In this document: in pieces, positions 20,504-30,969 of the stretch
How the letters are laid out: each line of letters opens with the position of its first letter
Numbering within the stretch: position 1 is the stretch's first letter
Source: a virus
Direction: 5' to 3' (one strand)
IMG/VR virus record: IMGVR_UViG_3300028377_000005
Coordinates: 32,001 to 96,000 of that record
DNA length: 64,000 nt
Translations under genes and position numbers: made by a program
The notes under the pieces: generated by a model
The model's database searches: none
The model's input: only the letters and a program-made list of their open reading frames with translations
Told to the model about the DNA's origin: nothing

Positions 20504-21121
20504 ATGGCTTACGATTTTCTAGGTACATTCAAACGGTCGCAGTTCGAACTGTTGGCTGATTACGCGGAAGCGTCCCTGCAGGACGTGGATCCCCGTATAA
20601 CGTACCTTAAAAGTGAGATTGAGCGGCTGGGGTGGATCGAATATGAATTCGATGAGGAGGGGCGTCGAATTGATTATAACATCCAACCGCTCAATAGTCA
20701 ACTGGCAAAGTACGCTCTAGCCTTCGAATATTATGGTGGATCTTTAACAGAGCTTCAGATTCGAAGCCGTGGTGATTGGATTTATATCACCAAGGGCGAG
20801 TTCAACTTAGACGATGCTGCGCCTTACGCTGGAGGTAAACCTTCGGAGGGTAATTACAGTGAAGGTTCGAGGCATTACGACGATACCGTGCCCGGCAATT
20901 ATGTGGCGGGCGTAAAGGATTGGATAACACCTAAGATCAAGCGTCAATTGGAAGACCTTGAATTCCGCATCAAGAGGACAATCGACCTTTCGGATCAGTA
21001 CATCGAAGAGGTGGTTTTGTTGGTGAAGCGTAGTACCGGCGCGGAGACGCTTGAGGACCTCCGCAAAGATATCGACTTTTTCATCACCAGCGAAGATTTT
21101 CACTCGGCCACGGACCGCTGA
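20504..21121 (+). CDS. Hypothetical (probable virion) protein
   Basis: 205-aa ORF directly upstream of the gp25-like gene. Confidence 0.6.
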   Translation: MAYDFLGTFKRSQFELLADYAEASLQDVDPRITYLKSEIERLGWIEYEFDEEGRRIDYNIQPLNSQLAKYALAFEYYGGSLTELQIRSRGDWIYITKGEFNLDDAAPYAGGKPSEGNYSEGSRHYDDTVPGNYVAGVKDWITPKIKRQLEDLEFRIKRTIDLSDQYIEEVVLLVKRSTGAETLEDLRKDIDFFITSEDFHSATDR

Positions 21122-21122
21122 T

Positions 21123-22205
21123 ATGTCCAAGGATCTCCGCCTAAAGCACAAATGCCCGCACCACGTGGTCGAAGAGTGGTTGTCTATCGAAGACGATCGG
21201 GAAACACTCCGTACCGTGCGTTACCCCTCCAGCCAACAAATAAAGGTCCTGTGGAACCGCATTGAAGTTCCTCGGGATGGTCTGGCTTCTTCCATCGAAG
21301 TTACAGGTCTGAAAGCGGAGCCTTTTGAGATCGAAACAGGTGATAACGATACCTTGGCTTTCAGTGTGGATGGTCAGTCAACCCAAACTATCACCCTCCC
21401 CAAGGGTCGCAAAATCAAAGCTGCTTACCTTGCCCGGACCATCAACGAGCAAGCCACGGGAATTACAGCGTCGGTAAAGAATGGCCGCCTTACGATCGAG
21501 CATAACAAGGGTGGCGCACAGTCGTCACTCAAGATGGAGGGTGGGAATGCTCACGCCACGTTAGGTTTCTCGGCACTCAGGTATTACCGTGGCCGTATTA
21601 TAGTGCCCGGTTGGGAGATCATCAAGGATAAAAACAACATGGACCCCCACGCTCGGGTGATTCGTTTCCACGAACCCTTGCGTACCGATGACGATATTTT
21701 TGAGGTGTCGTACCACACCGTCCGGGGTGTCTGTCGCCGGTGTATGGGTCTTGGGATAGAGAACGATTTCCGGCACGACCGGAAAGGCGATCCTATCTTT
21801 GTGGAAAACCAACGCCTCCTTTTGCAGGAGGTAGAAAAGATCGTATTCACGGTGAAAGGGTCCAACCTTTTTCACCGCTGGTACGGCACGTCTATTAGTG
21901 AGTTGATCGGCACCAAGATCGTAGGCGGCGGCCAGTATGTAGAGACACAGTTGGTCACAGAGGTTTCCGATGCGCTCGAACGGTACAAGCAAATCAAAGA
22001 GCAGCAATCGCGTTACCAGCCGGTGTCGCGAAAGGAGATGCTGCAGCGGATTGTTTCAATCGAAGTGAAGCAAGACAAATACGACGCCACGGTATTCGAT
22101 GTATCTATCGTGTTGGAAAGCCAGTCGGGTGAACTCGAACAGATCACGGATACCCTGCTTGTGGGCGATGCTAGTTTCGCGCAAGGCTTTCAGCGGGTAA
22201 AGTAA
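21123..22205 (+). CDS. Baseplate wedge gp25/GpW-like protein with N-terminal extension
   Basis: C-terminal LLQEVEKIVFTVKGSNLFHRWYGTSISELIG matches the gp25 pattern; CRRCMG motif; start reassigned to ATG 21123. Confidence 0.7.
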   Translation: MSKDLRLKHKCPHHVVEEWLSIEDDRETLRTVRYPSSQQIKVLWNRIEVPRDGLASSIEVTGLKAEPFEIETGDNDTLAFSVDGQSTQTITLPKGRKIKAAYLARTINEQATGITASVKNGRLTIEHNKGGAQSSLKMEGGNAHATLGFSALRYYRGRIIVPGWEIIKDKNNMDPHARVIRFHEPLRTDDDIFEVSYHTVRGVCRRCMGLGIENDFRHDRKGDPIFVENQRLLLQEVEKIVFTVKGSNLFHRWYGTSISELIGTKIVGGGQYVETQLVTEVSDALERYKQIKEQQSRYQPVSRKEMLQRIVSIEVKQDKYDATVFDVSIVLESQSGELEQITDTLLVGDASFAQGFQRVK

Positions 22206-22220
22206 AGGTGGTAGAGGATT

Positions 22221-25200
22221 ATGCCTGTAGAACCCCCAAAATTTGTAACGCCTAACGGACAGACAAAAACCACGACCCTAGACTTGGTAACGTCAGTACG
22301 TGATCAAGTGCTCACGGGTGAGTTGTCTTCGGATATTGTTGATGTTCAGGTGAAGGTCAACAACGAACCGTTCAAGAGCGACTCAAACCTCGTCTCGTTC
22401 GATCAGGATTCGTTTACGGTACCTAACCCTAATGTCTTCCCGGAAGGGCTACGCTTGGACTACGGGGCCAACAAGATCCAAATTCGCATCATTGATGTGA
22501 CGGGTGGTGTATCTACACCGGCTGTAGCTTCGATTAATGTGATACGGGATTCGGACCTCGATCTGGTGGTATCGCCTCCTTCGGGACTGAGGGTACGTCG
22601 CCGGTCAAATGAAGTCGAGATCGTGTGGGCACAAAACGACCTCCCCAATGTCATCGGCTACAATGTATACGGAGCGATTGATAGCGGAGGTGGTACCCAA
22701 GGTTACATCAAGCTCAATAAAAACCTCATCACCGAGGTGGCGTTCGAAGAAACTGAGCTTACGGGTGTCGCTGAAGACTCCACGTTCTATACGAGCGAAG
22801 GCGGCCAGTTGCGCATTCTCTTGGTGGAAGAGGATTTCAATGACAACCCGGTCAAGACGGTAGGGGAAAGCGTCGTCACCACAAGCCTCCGGGCGACCAA
22901 TGAGATCAAAGTCACGACCTCCCTTGATGGGGTGGAAACCCGTGACTACCTCCATTTCGTACACGACCGGGTGGCGACTGAAGATGATGGCGTCATTAAC
23001 AATGAGTTTTTCGCCGACGTCCCGAATGATGAACCTCTGTTTTATGTAATCACTACAGTTGCTTACGACCCGGACACAAATCGGCAGATCGAAAGTACAT
23101 ATAGCTCTGAGCTTGTGGGCTTGCCACTGGTAATCACTACGGGCCTCCAAGAGATTCCGTCCAAGTCTCAGAACGATATTGTCCGGGACTACCTGTCTTC
23201 GATCACCCGTACCGACAACCAAGTAAGCGCGATTCCCGGCTCGGTGGTTCGAGATGTGTTCATTGAACCGTTTGCGTCTGAAACCGAACGGCTCCATTTC
23301 ATCGCCGGGTTCATTCGTCGCTCCCAGAGTTTCTCGACCTTGTTGGCCATTGACGACCTCGATGGTGATGGTGAGTCAGATCCGGTAGCTCAAAACCCCT
23401 ATAAACAAGCCCTGAAATCGGCGCTTGGTATTGACCGTGATTCCGATGTTCAGGCGCTGATTGACGACTCCTTTGAAAAACTGGCGAGTAATGTCCAGAA
23501 AGCTCGTGGGGGCGCAGGTTTTGCGATTGGGCAAGCAATCTTTTACACGACGACGGAACCGACAACGGACCTTGTGGTGGAAGAGGGAACGATTATATCG
23601 ACCGAATCCAGCCAAGACAATCCTTCGGTATCGTTCACAACGACTTCCCGTGTTGTGCTTCCGTTCGATGTGAAGGATTCGTATTACAATTTGCGTAAGA
23701 AGCGCTGGGAGATCCAAGCCAACATCCGAGCAACTGAAGCGGGCGAAGACGGTAACGTAGTTGCCGGGGGAATCAACCGGGTACTTGGCGGTGCTTCCTC
23801 CATGCAAGTAGAGAACCTTGAAGCTACACGGTTCGGGCGGGACCGGGAAAGCAACGCCCGGCTTGCCGAACGTGCTATCCTTGCGTACTCCAGCGTGGAT
23901 GTTGGTACGGAAGGTGGCTATCTATCCACAGCCCTGAAACAACAGGGTGTGTTCCGGGCCAAGGTGGTCAAGTCCGAAAGCGAATTTATGATGCGAGACT
24001 ATGACGATCTCCGCGAAAAACATATCGGAGGCAAAGTAGACGTATGGTTGCAAGGTCTTGAAGAAGTGCAGGTTACTGACACCTTTGCTTTGCGTTTCAG
24101 GGTGGCTCGGAACATCCAGTTCATTCTGGACTCCAACCCCTCCGACCTCATTTTTGTAGCGGACGACCCCCGCCTGTCTCCCGATAATCCGATCACGGAA
24201 TTACTCGGAGCTACTAGCCAACAACAGGCCCAAGGGTTTGGTTTCCGTAACGTATCGACCGGTGAAGATTTCGATCTCACTAATTACACGATCTTAGATT
24301 ACAACCGAATCAAGTTGGATGCAAGCCTAACACAGCCTTCCGTCAGTACCAATGACATCGTGGCTGGTGATTTCCGATTCCAAGAAACGAGTCAATACGT
24401 CTTTAGTCGGCAGCCTGCGTTCGGGGTGGAAAGTATCTCGTCACTCAACACAGGTGCGGTCCTCGAAGAGGGTACAAACTACCAACTTTATCGGGTCGAA
24501 GACCCGTTGCTGGACGGCTATTCGACGCAAGCCCAAGATTACATCGAGATCACTCAGAGCGGGGGCGTGCCCTCCGGGAACACTTTCGTAGTCAATGATG
24601 AAAATCATGTCTTAGTGGGTGAAGCTCCTGAACCCCTTGAAAACTTGGGTGTTAATCCGATCAGTGTTCGTGTCTTTAGTTTGGACCGCCTCACAGAATA
24701 CGATGGCCCTAACTCAGCTTCACCTGATTTCTTGATCCAAGAGGGTGACGAAACGACACCCCTCGAAATTTTCCGGGTACCGTCCGGGTCAATCGGTAAC
24801 GGTGAAGAGGTGAGCGTCGATTACGAGCACGACGAAAACTTTGAAGTGGAGTACACGATCAACAACCTACTTGATCGTGTTCAGGGGGCTATCAACAAAC
24901 AGCGGCATATCACGGCGGACGTCTTAGTCAAGCAAGCCATTTCAAATGAAGTGGAACTTGAAATGACCGTCGTCTTGGAGCCGGGTTCCTCCAGAGCCCA
25001 AGTGGATGCGGACCTCCGAACCAACGTAAGTCAACTGCTCAACAGCAAAGCGATCGGCGAACCCGTTTACCAATCGGATGTGGTGCAAGCGATCGAAAAC
25101 ACGACCGGTGTTATATACGTGGTTATGCCTTTTGCCCGTATGGCTCTTGCCGATGGGTCGCTGATTATCCGGGAGCCGGTTAACAACGATGCCACGTTCC

Positions 25201-25646
25201 TAGAGCAGCAAGGCAACGCTAAGGTTTACGTCCTCAAAGACGGCCTCAATTACCCCACGGTGGCCGGTGGTGGAGATGTTTCCCAACACCACGGGGTCTT
25301 CGAAGATACGCAAATGATGGATCTCGTAAGCTCGTACAACGACCTATTTAATGAGGCAGGCAAAGCATTAGTCGTGGGGGCCGATGGTCTTAATATCGCC
25401 GGGTATAGCGACGACGCCACGTTGACGGCTGCGGGCTATGCTACAGCCACTGAGCGGGAAGCCCGGCGCAAAACACTGACAGCTAACCGCATCTTCTTCA
25501 GTGTGGATGGCAATGATTCCCCGGAAAACCACACGTATGCCGCCACTTACGCCGTGAACAGAGATAGTGGTTCCAAATCTATCATGGTCACTGACGTAAC
25601 CTATCTCGAACTCGGAAACTTTACGATCACATACCAGCAGAGTTAA
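22221..25646 (+). CDS. Baseplate J-like (gp6-like) wedge protein
   Basis: PGSVVRDVFIEP, AIGQAIFY...VEEGTIIST, AGEDGNV..G.I, GRDRESNARLAER and GGKVDVW motifs. Confidence 0.85.
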   Translation: MPVEPPKFVTPNGQTKTTTLDLVTSVRDQVLTGELSSDIVDVQVKVNNEPFKSDSNLVSFDQDSFTVPNPNVFPEGLRLDYGANKIQIRIIDVTGGVSTPAVASINVIRDSDLDLVVSPPSGLRVRRRSNEVEIVWAQNDLPNVIGYNVYGAIDSGGGTQGYIKLNKNLITEVAFEETELTGVAEDSTFYTSEGGQLRILLVEEDFNDNPVKTVGESVVTTSLRATNEIKVTTSLDGVETRDYLHFVHDRVATEDDGVINNEFFADVPNDEPLFYVITTVAYDPDTNRQIESTYSSELVGLPLVITTGLQEIPSKSQNDIVRDYLSSITRTDNQVSAIPGSVVRDVFIEPFASETERLHFIAGFIRRSQSFSTLLAIDDLDGDGESDPVAQNPYKQALKSALGIDRDSDVQALIDDSFEKLASNVQKARGGAGFAIGQAIFYTTTEPTTDLVVEEGTIISTESSQDNPSVSFTTTSRVVLPFDVKDSYYNLRKKRWEIQANIRATEAGEDGNVVAGGINRVLGGASSMQVENLEATRFGRDRESNARLAERAILAYSSVDVGTEGGYLSTALKQQGVFRAKVVKSESEFMMRDYDDLREKHIGGKVDVWLQGLEEVQVTDTFALRFRVARNIQFILDSNPSDLIFVADDPRLSPDNPITELLGATSQQQAQGFGFRNVSTGEDFDLTNYTILDYNRIKLDASLTQPSVSTNDIVAGDFRFQETSQYVFSRQPAFGVESISSLNTGAVLEEGTNYQLYRVEDPLLDGYSTQAQDYIEITQSGGVPSGNTFVVNDENHVLVGEAPEPLENLGVNPISVRVFSLDRLTEYDGPNSASPDFLIQEGDETTPLEIFRVPSGSIGNGEEVSVDYEHDENFEVEYTINNLLDRVQGAINKQRHITADVLVKQAISNEVELEMTVVLEPGSSRAQVDADLRTNVSQLLNSKAIGEPVYQSDVVQAIENTTGVIYVVMPFARMALADGSLIIREPVNNDATFLEQQGNAKVYVLKDGLNYPTVAGGGDVSQHHGVFEDTQMMDLVSSYNDLFNEAGKALVVGADGLNIAGYSDDATLTAAGYATATEREARRKTLTANRIFFSVDGNDSPENHTYAATYAVNRDSGSKSIMVTDVTYLELGNFTITYQQS

Positions 25647-25647
25647 G

Positions 25648-28326
25648 ATGGCCAACGGATTTAACAACGGAAAGCAAGACCCGTATCCTTTGGTAGAGGA
25701 GGGGAAAGGGTACCAGAAACTTCTCATATCGAGAAGTCAAGCGGTCCTCAACGCTTTAATCAACCTGCTGCCCTCCAACTATGAGTCTAGCGTCGTAGGC
25801 CCGAATTACACGGTCTACATGAAAGCAATGGCTACGGAGTTGGCACGCATTACGATCATCCTAGAGCGCCTCGGCACAGACGTGTCTTTTGATGAGGTGC
25901 GATCTGAGTTTCTCTGGGAGACGGTCGGGTACCTTGTTTTCCTGAACCAACAGTTGCCAGACCTCGAATTCGACGACGAGAGCTTTCGGGATTTCCTCAA
26001 AGCGGTCATCGAAATTTACTTTGAAGGGTCAACACCTGCGGCAATTCGCAAAGGCGTCGAGCTATTCACTTCCGAAGAATTCACCATTCGTGAGAACTTC
26101 GAAGATGCACGCCAAGAGGGCAGCCCGCTTGATGTTAGTGATCAGTTTGGGTTTTCGCTGGACTTTGACCTCCAAGCGAAGTTCCCGAAAGACGTTTTCC
26201 GTTTCGACAAGAACCTCCGGTTGTTGATCGAGATCATCCGCCCGGCGCATACACTTTACCGCCTCCGCTTTATGTTCGGTGAGGACGCGGATCTCCTGAA
26301 CAATGTGACCGACGAAATGCGGATGCACCTCCGCAACTATTACTATGACGATGCTCGTGGGTATTGCGCGGGTATGGCGGGTTTCGATAGTACATCCGGG
26401 TATATCGAATTAGGTAGCCTCAGTGTACTCAAAGACGACGCCACAGACAAGCCCTTGGCTTCCGTTTCGGAAGGCGCAACCCTCTTGATTGAAACCTGCC
26501 TTAACAGTGGGCGTTACACCGTCGTTGGGCACCCTACCTCCAATTCGATCAAGGTCTTTCCGAAATTCGAAGGGGCGGAGGACCCGGTATCTTACCACGT
26601 CGAAGTGGACCGCCTCGGACGCAAAAAAGAGCTACTGGTCGAAGAAGATGTGTCCAGCCAGTTCTACGATACATCCCGGCTTACCGTAGATGGAGGTGGG
26701 CCTTATACCGTCACCGAAATGACGGACACCACACTAACCGCCTCGTCCAACGGTAGCGACGTAGAGTACGTCTGGGACCTTGATGGGGATAACGTATATG
26801 ATGATGCGTCGGGAGCCTCTGTGACGTACACAGCGCCTTCTGGACCCGCTGAGATAACGGTATGGGTAAAGGGGACCGACCAGCGGGGACGTAAGGCCAA
26901 AGATAGTGCCGTTATTGTAGTACTCGATCAGCATCAAGTTCAGATGCTCGGCACAGGTACGTTGACGATCAACGATGTTACGTGGTCCACGTCAGCTTCG
27001 GCCTTGATGAACGGTTCAGGTACCCTTGCCCCTTCGCCTACGGTAGAACACCTCGCCTCTGTTTCAATGGAAGGTGATTCTCTCATGGAAGTGATCCTCG
27101 GGCGCAACCCAGAGGACCCTTGCGCTATCTCAATGTATGGCTTGGCTTTCGTGGAAGTTGAAGCGTTTTTGGATCACAAAGGAGACGCTGATTTAACAGG
27201 AACGGCCTCCTTGGGTTCAACCCCCGTCATGGAAATGTTCAGTGCTGTAGATATGGTGGGGGCAGCTATTACGGATATAGGTGTCACCCAAGTGTTAAGG
27301 GTCTCGGCGGCTATGACGGGATCCGCTACCACCGTAACCAGCCCAACAGCCATCGCCTCGGCAACGGTAACTATGGCGGGGTCTGCCACGACCTCGGTGG
27401 AAAGCGAAGAAATTTCCACAGCATCCGTCTCTATGGTGGGATCCGCATCTATAACAACAGGTGCTCAGGCGTCTACGCCAATAACCACCTCCATGACGGG
27501 GACCGCAACGATTTCCGTCGATTCGACTGTAACACAAGACGTTTCCGTTTCTATGACGGGCACAGCAACGACAACAATCGATTCAACCTACACAATGGAT
27601 CCAACCTCCATTGCCGGGTTGGTTTATTGGATCGACCCCAGCGACAAAGATACCATATACCAAGATCAAGGGGGTACGGTAGCTGTAACTACAGATGGAG
27701 ATCCCGTAGAGCGGATCGAAGATAAGTCGGGTAATGCTAACCACTTTACGAACGAATCCGTAGTACCTTATTGGTCAGAAACAGGGCTCAATAGCATTGG
27801 TAGTTTGGGGTGGGATGCCACTACCCGATACCTGTATGCTAACAGTGTAACGCAAGTGGATACAGGCGCTCCCATTTCAACCTTTGCTGTAGCCATCACA
27901 AATGTTGAGGATGAAAACTACATCCTCAACCACAGCTATTCAGACGGATCCCCGGAAAGCCAGCGCCTTTTGCAATTGGGAGCGAGTTCCGGGGACTGGA
28001 ACCTAACAGGTTTCGACTCGCTAGGCACAGGGCACACGGCCACGATTTCGGGACAAGTCGGAAAAGCCTACGTTGTGAACATTGAATGGGATACTTCCAA
28101 CAATCTGTATGCCCGTACCAGACTCGGCACCGGGTCTAACCTCGGTAATGCCGACGCATCACCTACCTCAAACACGTACATCGAGCTGGGTATGGCCCGT
28201 GATGGAACCAACACAAGGGTGGGATATTTCGATGGACTATCTGGGGAGATCATTTGCTATGCAAGTTCCCTATCAACCTTAGATGAAACCCGATTGCGCC
28301 AGTACCTGTCCGATAAATGGCTCTGA
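25648..28326 (+). CDS. Baseplate I-like wedge protein fused to PKD-like domain, repeat stalk and C-terminal LamG-like domain
   Basis: GSTPAAIRKGV and IIRPAHT (gpI-like); YVWDLDGD (PKD-like); 20-aa repeats; GLVYWIDPSD...GEIICY..LS terminal domain. Confidence 0.7.
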   Translation: MANGFNNGKQDPYPLVEEGKGYQKLLISRSQAVLNALINLLPSNYESSVVGPNYTVYMKAMATELARITIILERLGTDVSFDEVRSEFLWETVGYLVFLNQQLPDLEFDDESFRDFLKAVIEIYFEGSTPAAIRKGVELFTSEEFTIRENFEDARQEGSPLDVSDQFGFSLDFDLQAKFPKDVFRFDKNLRLLIEIIRPAHTLYRLRFMFGEDADLLNNVTDEMRMHLRNYYYDDARGYCAGMAGFDSTSGYIELGSLSVLKDDATDKPLASVSEGATLLIETCLNSGRYTVVGHPTSNSIKVFPKFEGAEDPVSYHVEVDRLGRKKELLVEEDVSSQFYDTSRLTVDGGGPYTVTEMTDTTLTASSNGSDVEYVWDLDGDNVYDDASGASVTYTAPSGPAEITVWVKGTDQRGRKAKDSAVIVVLDQHQVQMLGTGTLTINDVTWSTSASALMNGSGTLAPSPTVEHLASVSMEGDSLMEVILGRNPEDPCAISMYGLAFVEVEAFLDHKGDADLTGTASLGSTPVMEMFSAVDMVGAAITDIGVTQVLRVSAAMTGSATTVTSPTAIASATVTMAGSATTSVESEEISTASVSMVGSASITTGAQASTPITTSMTGTATISVDSTVTQDVSVSMTGTATTTIDSTYTMDPTSIAGLVYWIDPSDKDTIYQDQGGTVAVTTDGDPVERIEDKSGNANHFTNESVVPYWSETGLNSIGSLGWDATTRYLYANSVTQVDTGAPISTFAVAITNVEDENYILNHSYSDGSPESQRLLQLGASSGDWNLTGFDSLGTGHTATISGQVGKAYVVNIEWDTSNNLYARTRLGTGSNLGNADASPTSNTYIELGMARDGTNTRVGYFDGLSGEIICYASSLSTLDETRLRQYLSDKWL
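26932..27600 (+). repeat. About 11 degenerate 20-aa repeats (xSxxMxGxAT...) within ORF 25648
   Basis: e.g. VSAAMTGSATTVTSPTAIAS / ATVTMAGSATTSVESEEIST / ASVSMVGSASITTGAQASTP / ITTSMTGTATISVDSTVTQD. Confidence 0.75.
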
Positions 28327-28385
28327 TCGGTTTTCTGTTTGTAACCTCGAAGTAATGGAAACCGGAACTTTCAAGGAGAATAGTT

Positions 28386-28778
28386 ATGTCCCAAATGACC
28401 AATTATTTGGAAAATGCACTGGTCAATCACGTGCTTCGCAACACGGCATTGACTTCGCCCACAACCGTGTACCTAGCACTTTACGATGCTTCCCCTACCG
28501 ATACAGGTACGGGTGGTACTGAGATCACAGGTACGGGCTATAGTAGGCAGAGCGTAACGTTTACGGCACCTACTAACGGATCCACTTCAAACTCCAGCAC
28601 ACTTAGTTTCACGAACGGTAGCGGCGGTAACTGGACGATTGCCGCTGTTGGTATTATGGATGCCAGTAGTGGTGGTAACATGCTCTTTCACGGCACCCTA
28701 ACCGGAGGCAGTAAAACCGTTGCAGACGGTGATACCATCACGTTCAACGCTGGTGATCTCGACATCACGCTTGCTTAA
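28386..28778 (+). CDS. Small tail-fibre-associated structural protein
   Basis: AAGGAG RBS; YLENALVNHVL...VYLALY...GTEITGTGYSRQ...DASSGGNML...KTVADGDTITF pattern common in phage fibre modules. Confidence 0.75.
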   Translation: MSQMTNYLENALVNHVLRNTALTSPTTVYLALYDASPTDTGTGGTEITGTGYSRQSVTFTAPTNGSTSNSSTLSFTNGSGGNWTIAAVGIMDASSGGNMLFHGTLTGGSKTVADGDTITFNAGDLDITLA

Positions 28779-29365
28779 TTGAGCGTTTCGGGCTTGATGG
28801 GTTCTTGGCGGTTCACTTCGTCCATCACGTAATCGCCCCACATGAGGACCACTTTGTTACGGTCCGTATCGTGGGATACCAGAGCAACTTCGGTTTCCGC
28901 ATCCACCGTCGTAACCAACACTGACCTCCCATTATAGGGTGGCGGATCTCCCGGAAGAAGGGGCACGGTCGCAATTGTGATCGCGTCCCTTTTTTCTATG
29001 GTGCTCAGGTCGACGGGTGGTTCTTCGAACCCTACGTACATGAAATCGTCATGCTGCCGGATCACGGGAAGCATCATGCCCGGCTCATATCCCGGAACCG
29101 CAAGTGCCGTCAAAAAATTGACTTCCAGCATCGAGTTTTTGAGAAGGCCAATGTCCCGGAGCATTAGGAACATTTGCTGGTAGCGGTGGATATGGGTGGT
29201 GAACCCTTCCATAAAAACGGCCCTATCCACCTTGAGGGTTTTATCGTCCTCGGCGATAGGGCCGGTCAAAAGTTCGTCTACTTGGTTTTCGAACTCGTCT
29301 TGGAGTTCAGTGAACAGACCACCTAGACGGTCGGATGGAAAAAAGATCGCACTATCGTCAGACAT
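28775..29365 (-). CDS. Hypothetical protein
   Basis: 196-aa ORF, GGGAG RBS. Confidence 0.7.
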   Translation of the reverse strand: MSDDSAIFFPSDRLGGLFTELQDEFENQVDELLTGPIAEDDKTLKVDRAVFMEGFTTHIHRYQQMFLMLRDIGLLKNSMLEVNFLTALAVPGYEPGMMLPVIRQHDDFMYVGFEEPPVDLSTIEKRDAITIATVPLLPGDPPPYNGRSVLVTTVDAETEVALVSHDTDRNKVVLMWGDYVMDEVNRQEPIKPETLN

Positions 29366-29428
29366 ACAGACTCCCTGTAATTCAGATGGGCAGCCGATCG
29401 TGTACGTCTTAGTAGTACGTCGTGTCAG

Positions 29429-30709
29429 TTATTCTGACTGCTCTTTTGCTTTTTGTTTCGCGTCGAGGATTTCACCCTTGATGCCACTGTACAACTCATG
29501 TTGCCACATGACGTCGAAGAGGATCACACTTTCACTGTTATAACAATTCATTATCAATGCAAAGTCCGCTCTAGTATACTGATCTTTAGCGTACAAAGCA
29601 AGGGCCTTTTGTTCCTCTGAAGGGTCCACGGGATGTACCTCTTCGAGGCATTCGGCCAACATGTCACGCACCTCATCCGCACGGGAACGACATTTCGCAA
29701 GCCAATCTAGGTATTGCGTGTGGTACTTTTTGTAGTACTCCAGCGTTTCCTCAGACGTCGAACCCTCGTCGATCAAGTAGGTCTTGAGGGCTTCCCATTT
29801 TTCGAACTCAGGCTTGCCGAAACATATTTTGGTGACAGTTTTAATCGAACAACTGTACCGGAGCGCGAACTCCCACCGCCACCGTTCTGTTTTAGCCTTG
29901 ACCCGGTGAACGATACGCCCGTCCTTTTCGAAGCAGATCACACCCCCTTCCGGCAACCAATCAGCATCCTCTAGGCCCAACACTGTTTCCACCGCCTCCG
30001 CCAGTGTTGTATTCTTGGCAAGGTATTCCACCGGCTTACAGTTGTTATCCTCGGCCCACTCCATCACGCGGTCGTTGGTCCAATACGTGTGGGTGTCCAA
30101 GTCAAACACCGAAAGCACAATCAGATCTTCTCGGTCCCCATATTTAGTGACGCCCGATTCGCATTCCGGGTGCAGAGCTTCACAAACGATGGTTTTACCG
30201 CGAATCACCTCGGGATCGAGCAACGCGGGGTACTGGTCCTCAGCGATGCGTCGAATAGCCCCGACATAATCGAAATCCGCGCCGTGGACATTGATATCCA
30301 CACCTTCGAGCATACTACGGGTCGATACGTAAACCTCACCGTCGTACTCGAAGATTTGCGCCATGTAACCGTCGTCTTTGAACGGCAAACTTACGCGCAG
30401 CGCTTCATCTTGCGCAAGGGCATGGGTTACCTCGTCGACCTTACCCTTTTCGCCGTGGTTGTAAATCTTGAGCAAGGGCAACGACACCACCTCATAAGGA
30501 TCACGTCGGTAAACGATGCCCTTGGCGTAAAGCTGGTGCTCCCATTCCGGCGTGAACAGGATGCTGGAAGCATTCGCAATCACAAGCCCATTGTCGTGAT
30601 CTCGCTGGTTAAGCATTTCATCGCCGTCGATAAGCGACAAGACCTCCTCCGGGTTGTCCCGGAGCTTACCCAAGAGGTAATCGATATGTACGTTCGTTAC
30701 AGCTTTCAT
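29429..30709 (-). CDS. T4 Rnl1-like RNA ligase
   Basis: KIYNHGE, motif I KDDG, STR, EGGVI, RVKAKT; start set at ATG 30709 (ATGA overlap). Confidence 0.85.
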   Translation of the reverse strand: MKAVTNVHIDYLLGKLRDNPEEVLSLIDGDEMLNQRDHDNGLVIANASSILFTPEWEHQLYAKGIVYRRDPYEVVSLPLLKIYNHGEKGKVDEVTHALAQDEALRVSLPFKDDGYMAQIFEYDGEVYVSTRSMLEGVDINVHGADFDYVGAIRRIAEDQYPALLDPEVIRGKTIVCEALHPECESGVTKYGDREDLIVLSVFDLDTHTYWTNDRVMEWAEDNNCKPVEYLAKNTTLAEAVETVLGLEDADWLPEGGVICFEKDGRIVHRVKAKTERWRWEFALRYSCSIKTVTKICFGKPEFEKWEALKTYLIDEGSTSEETLEYYKKYHTQYLDWLAKCRSRADEVRDMLAECLEEVHPVDPSEEQKALALYAKDQYTRADFALIMNCYNSESVILFDVMWQHELYSGIKGEILDAKQKAKEQSE

Positions 30710-30969
30710 GCTATTTTCTCCGCCACCCATATCAAGGGGTGGTAAATCCACAACACAGTATCATTGATGCGGTCGAATATGCCCTCTCTCAAATCCCACA
30801 TGTGGTAGATTGCACCCACGAAAATGAGGGGCAACGTGACCGGCAGCACTAACAGGCAATAGGCCGCCAGTGCAAGGAGCCCAATCACATAAACAAAGGG
30901 CGTAAGCGTAAGCAGCACAACCGCCAGTGCCTTTTTCCAGAGGGGTGAACGATTAATGGCTATCCGCAT
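30706..30969 (-). CDS. Small membrane protein
   Basis: Long hydrophobic stretch; overlaps both neighbours. Confidence 0.6.
   Translation of the reverse strand: MRIAINRSPLWKKALAVVLLTLTPFVYVIGLLALAAYCLLVLPVTLPLIFVGAIYHMWDLREGIFDRINDTVLWIYHPLIWVAEKIA

Noticed and set aside
2520-28778. Bacterial T6SS, eCIS or tailocin locus
   Set aside because: Contiguous with phage-type replication and accessory genes; no Tss membrane complex or bacterial housekeeping context.
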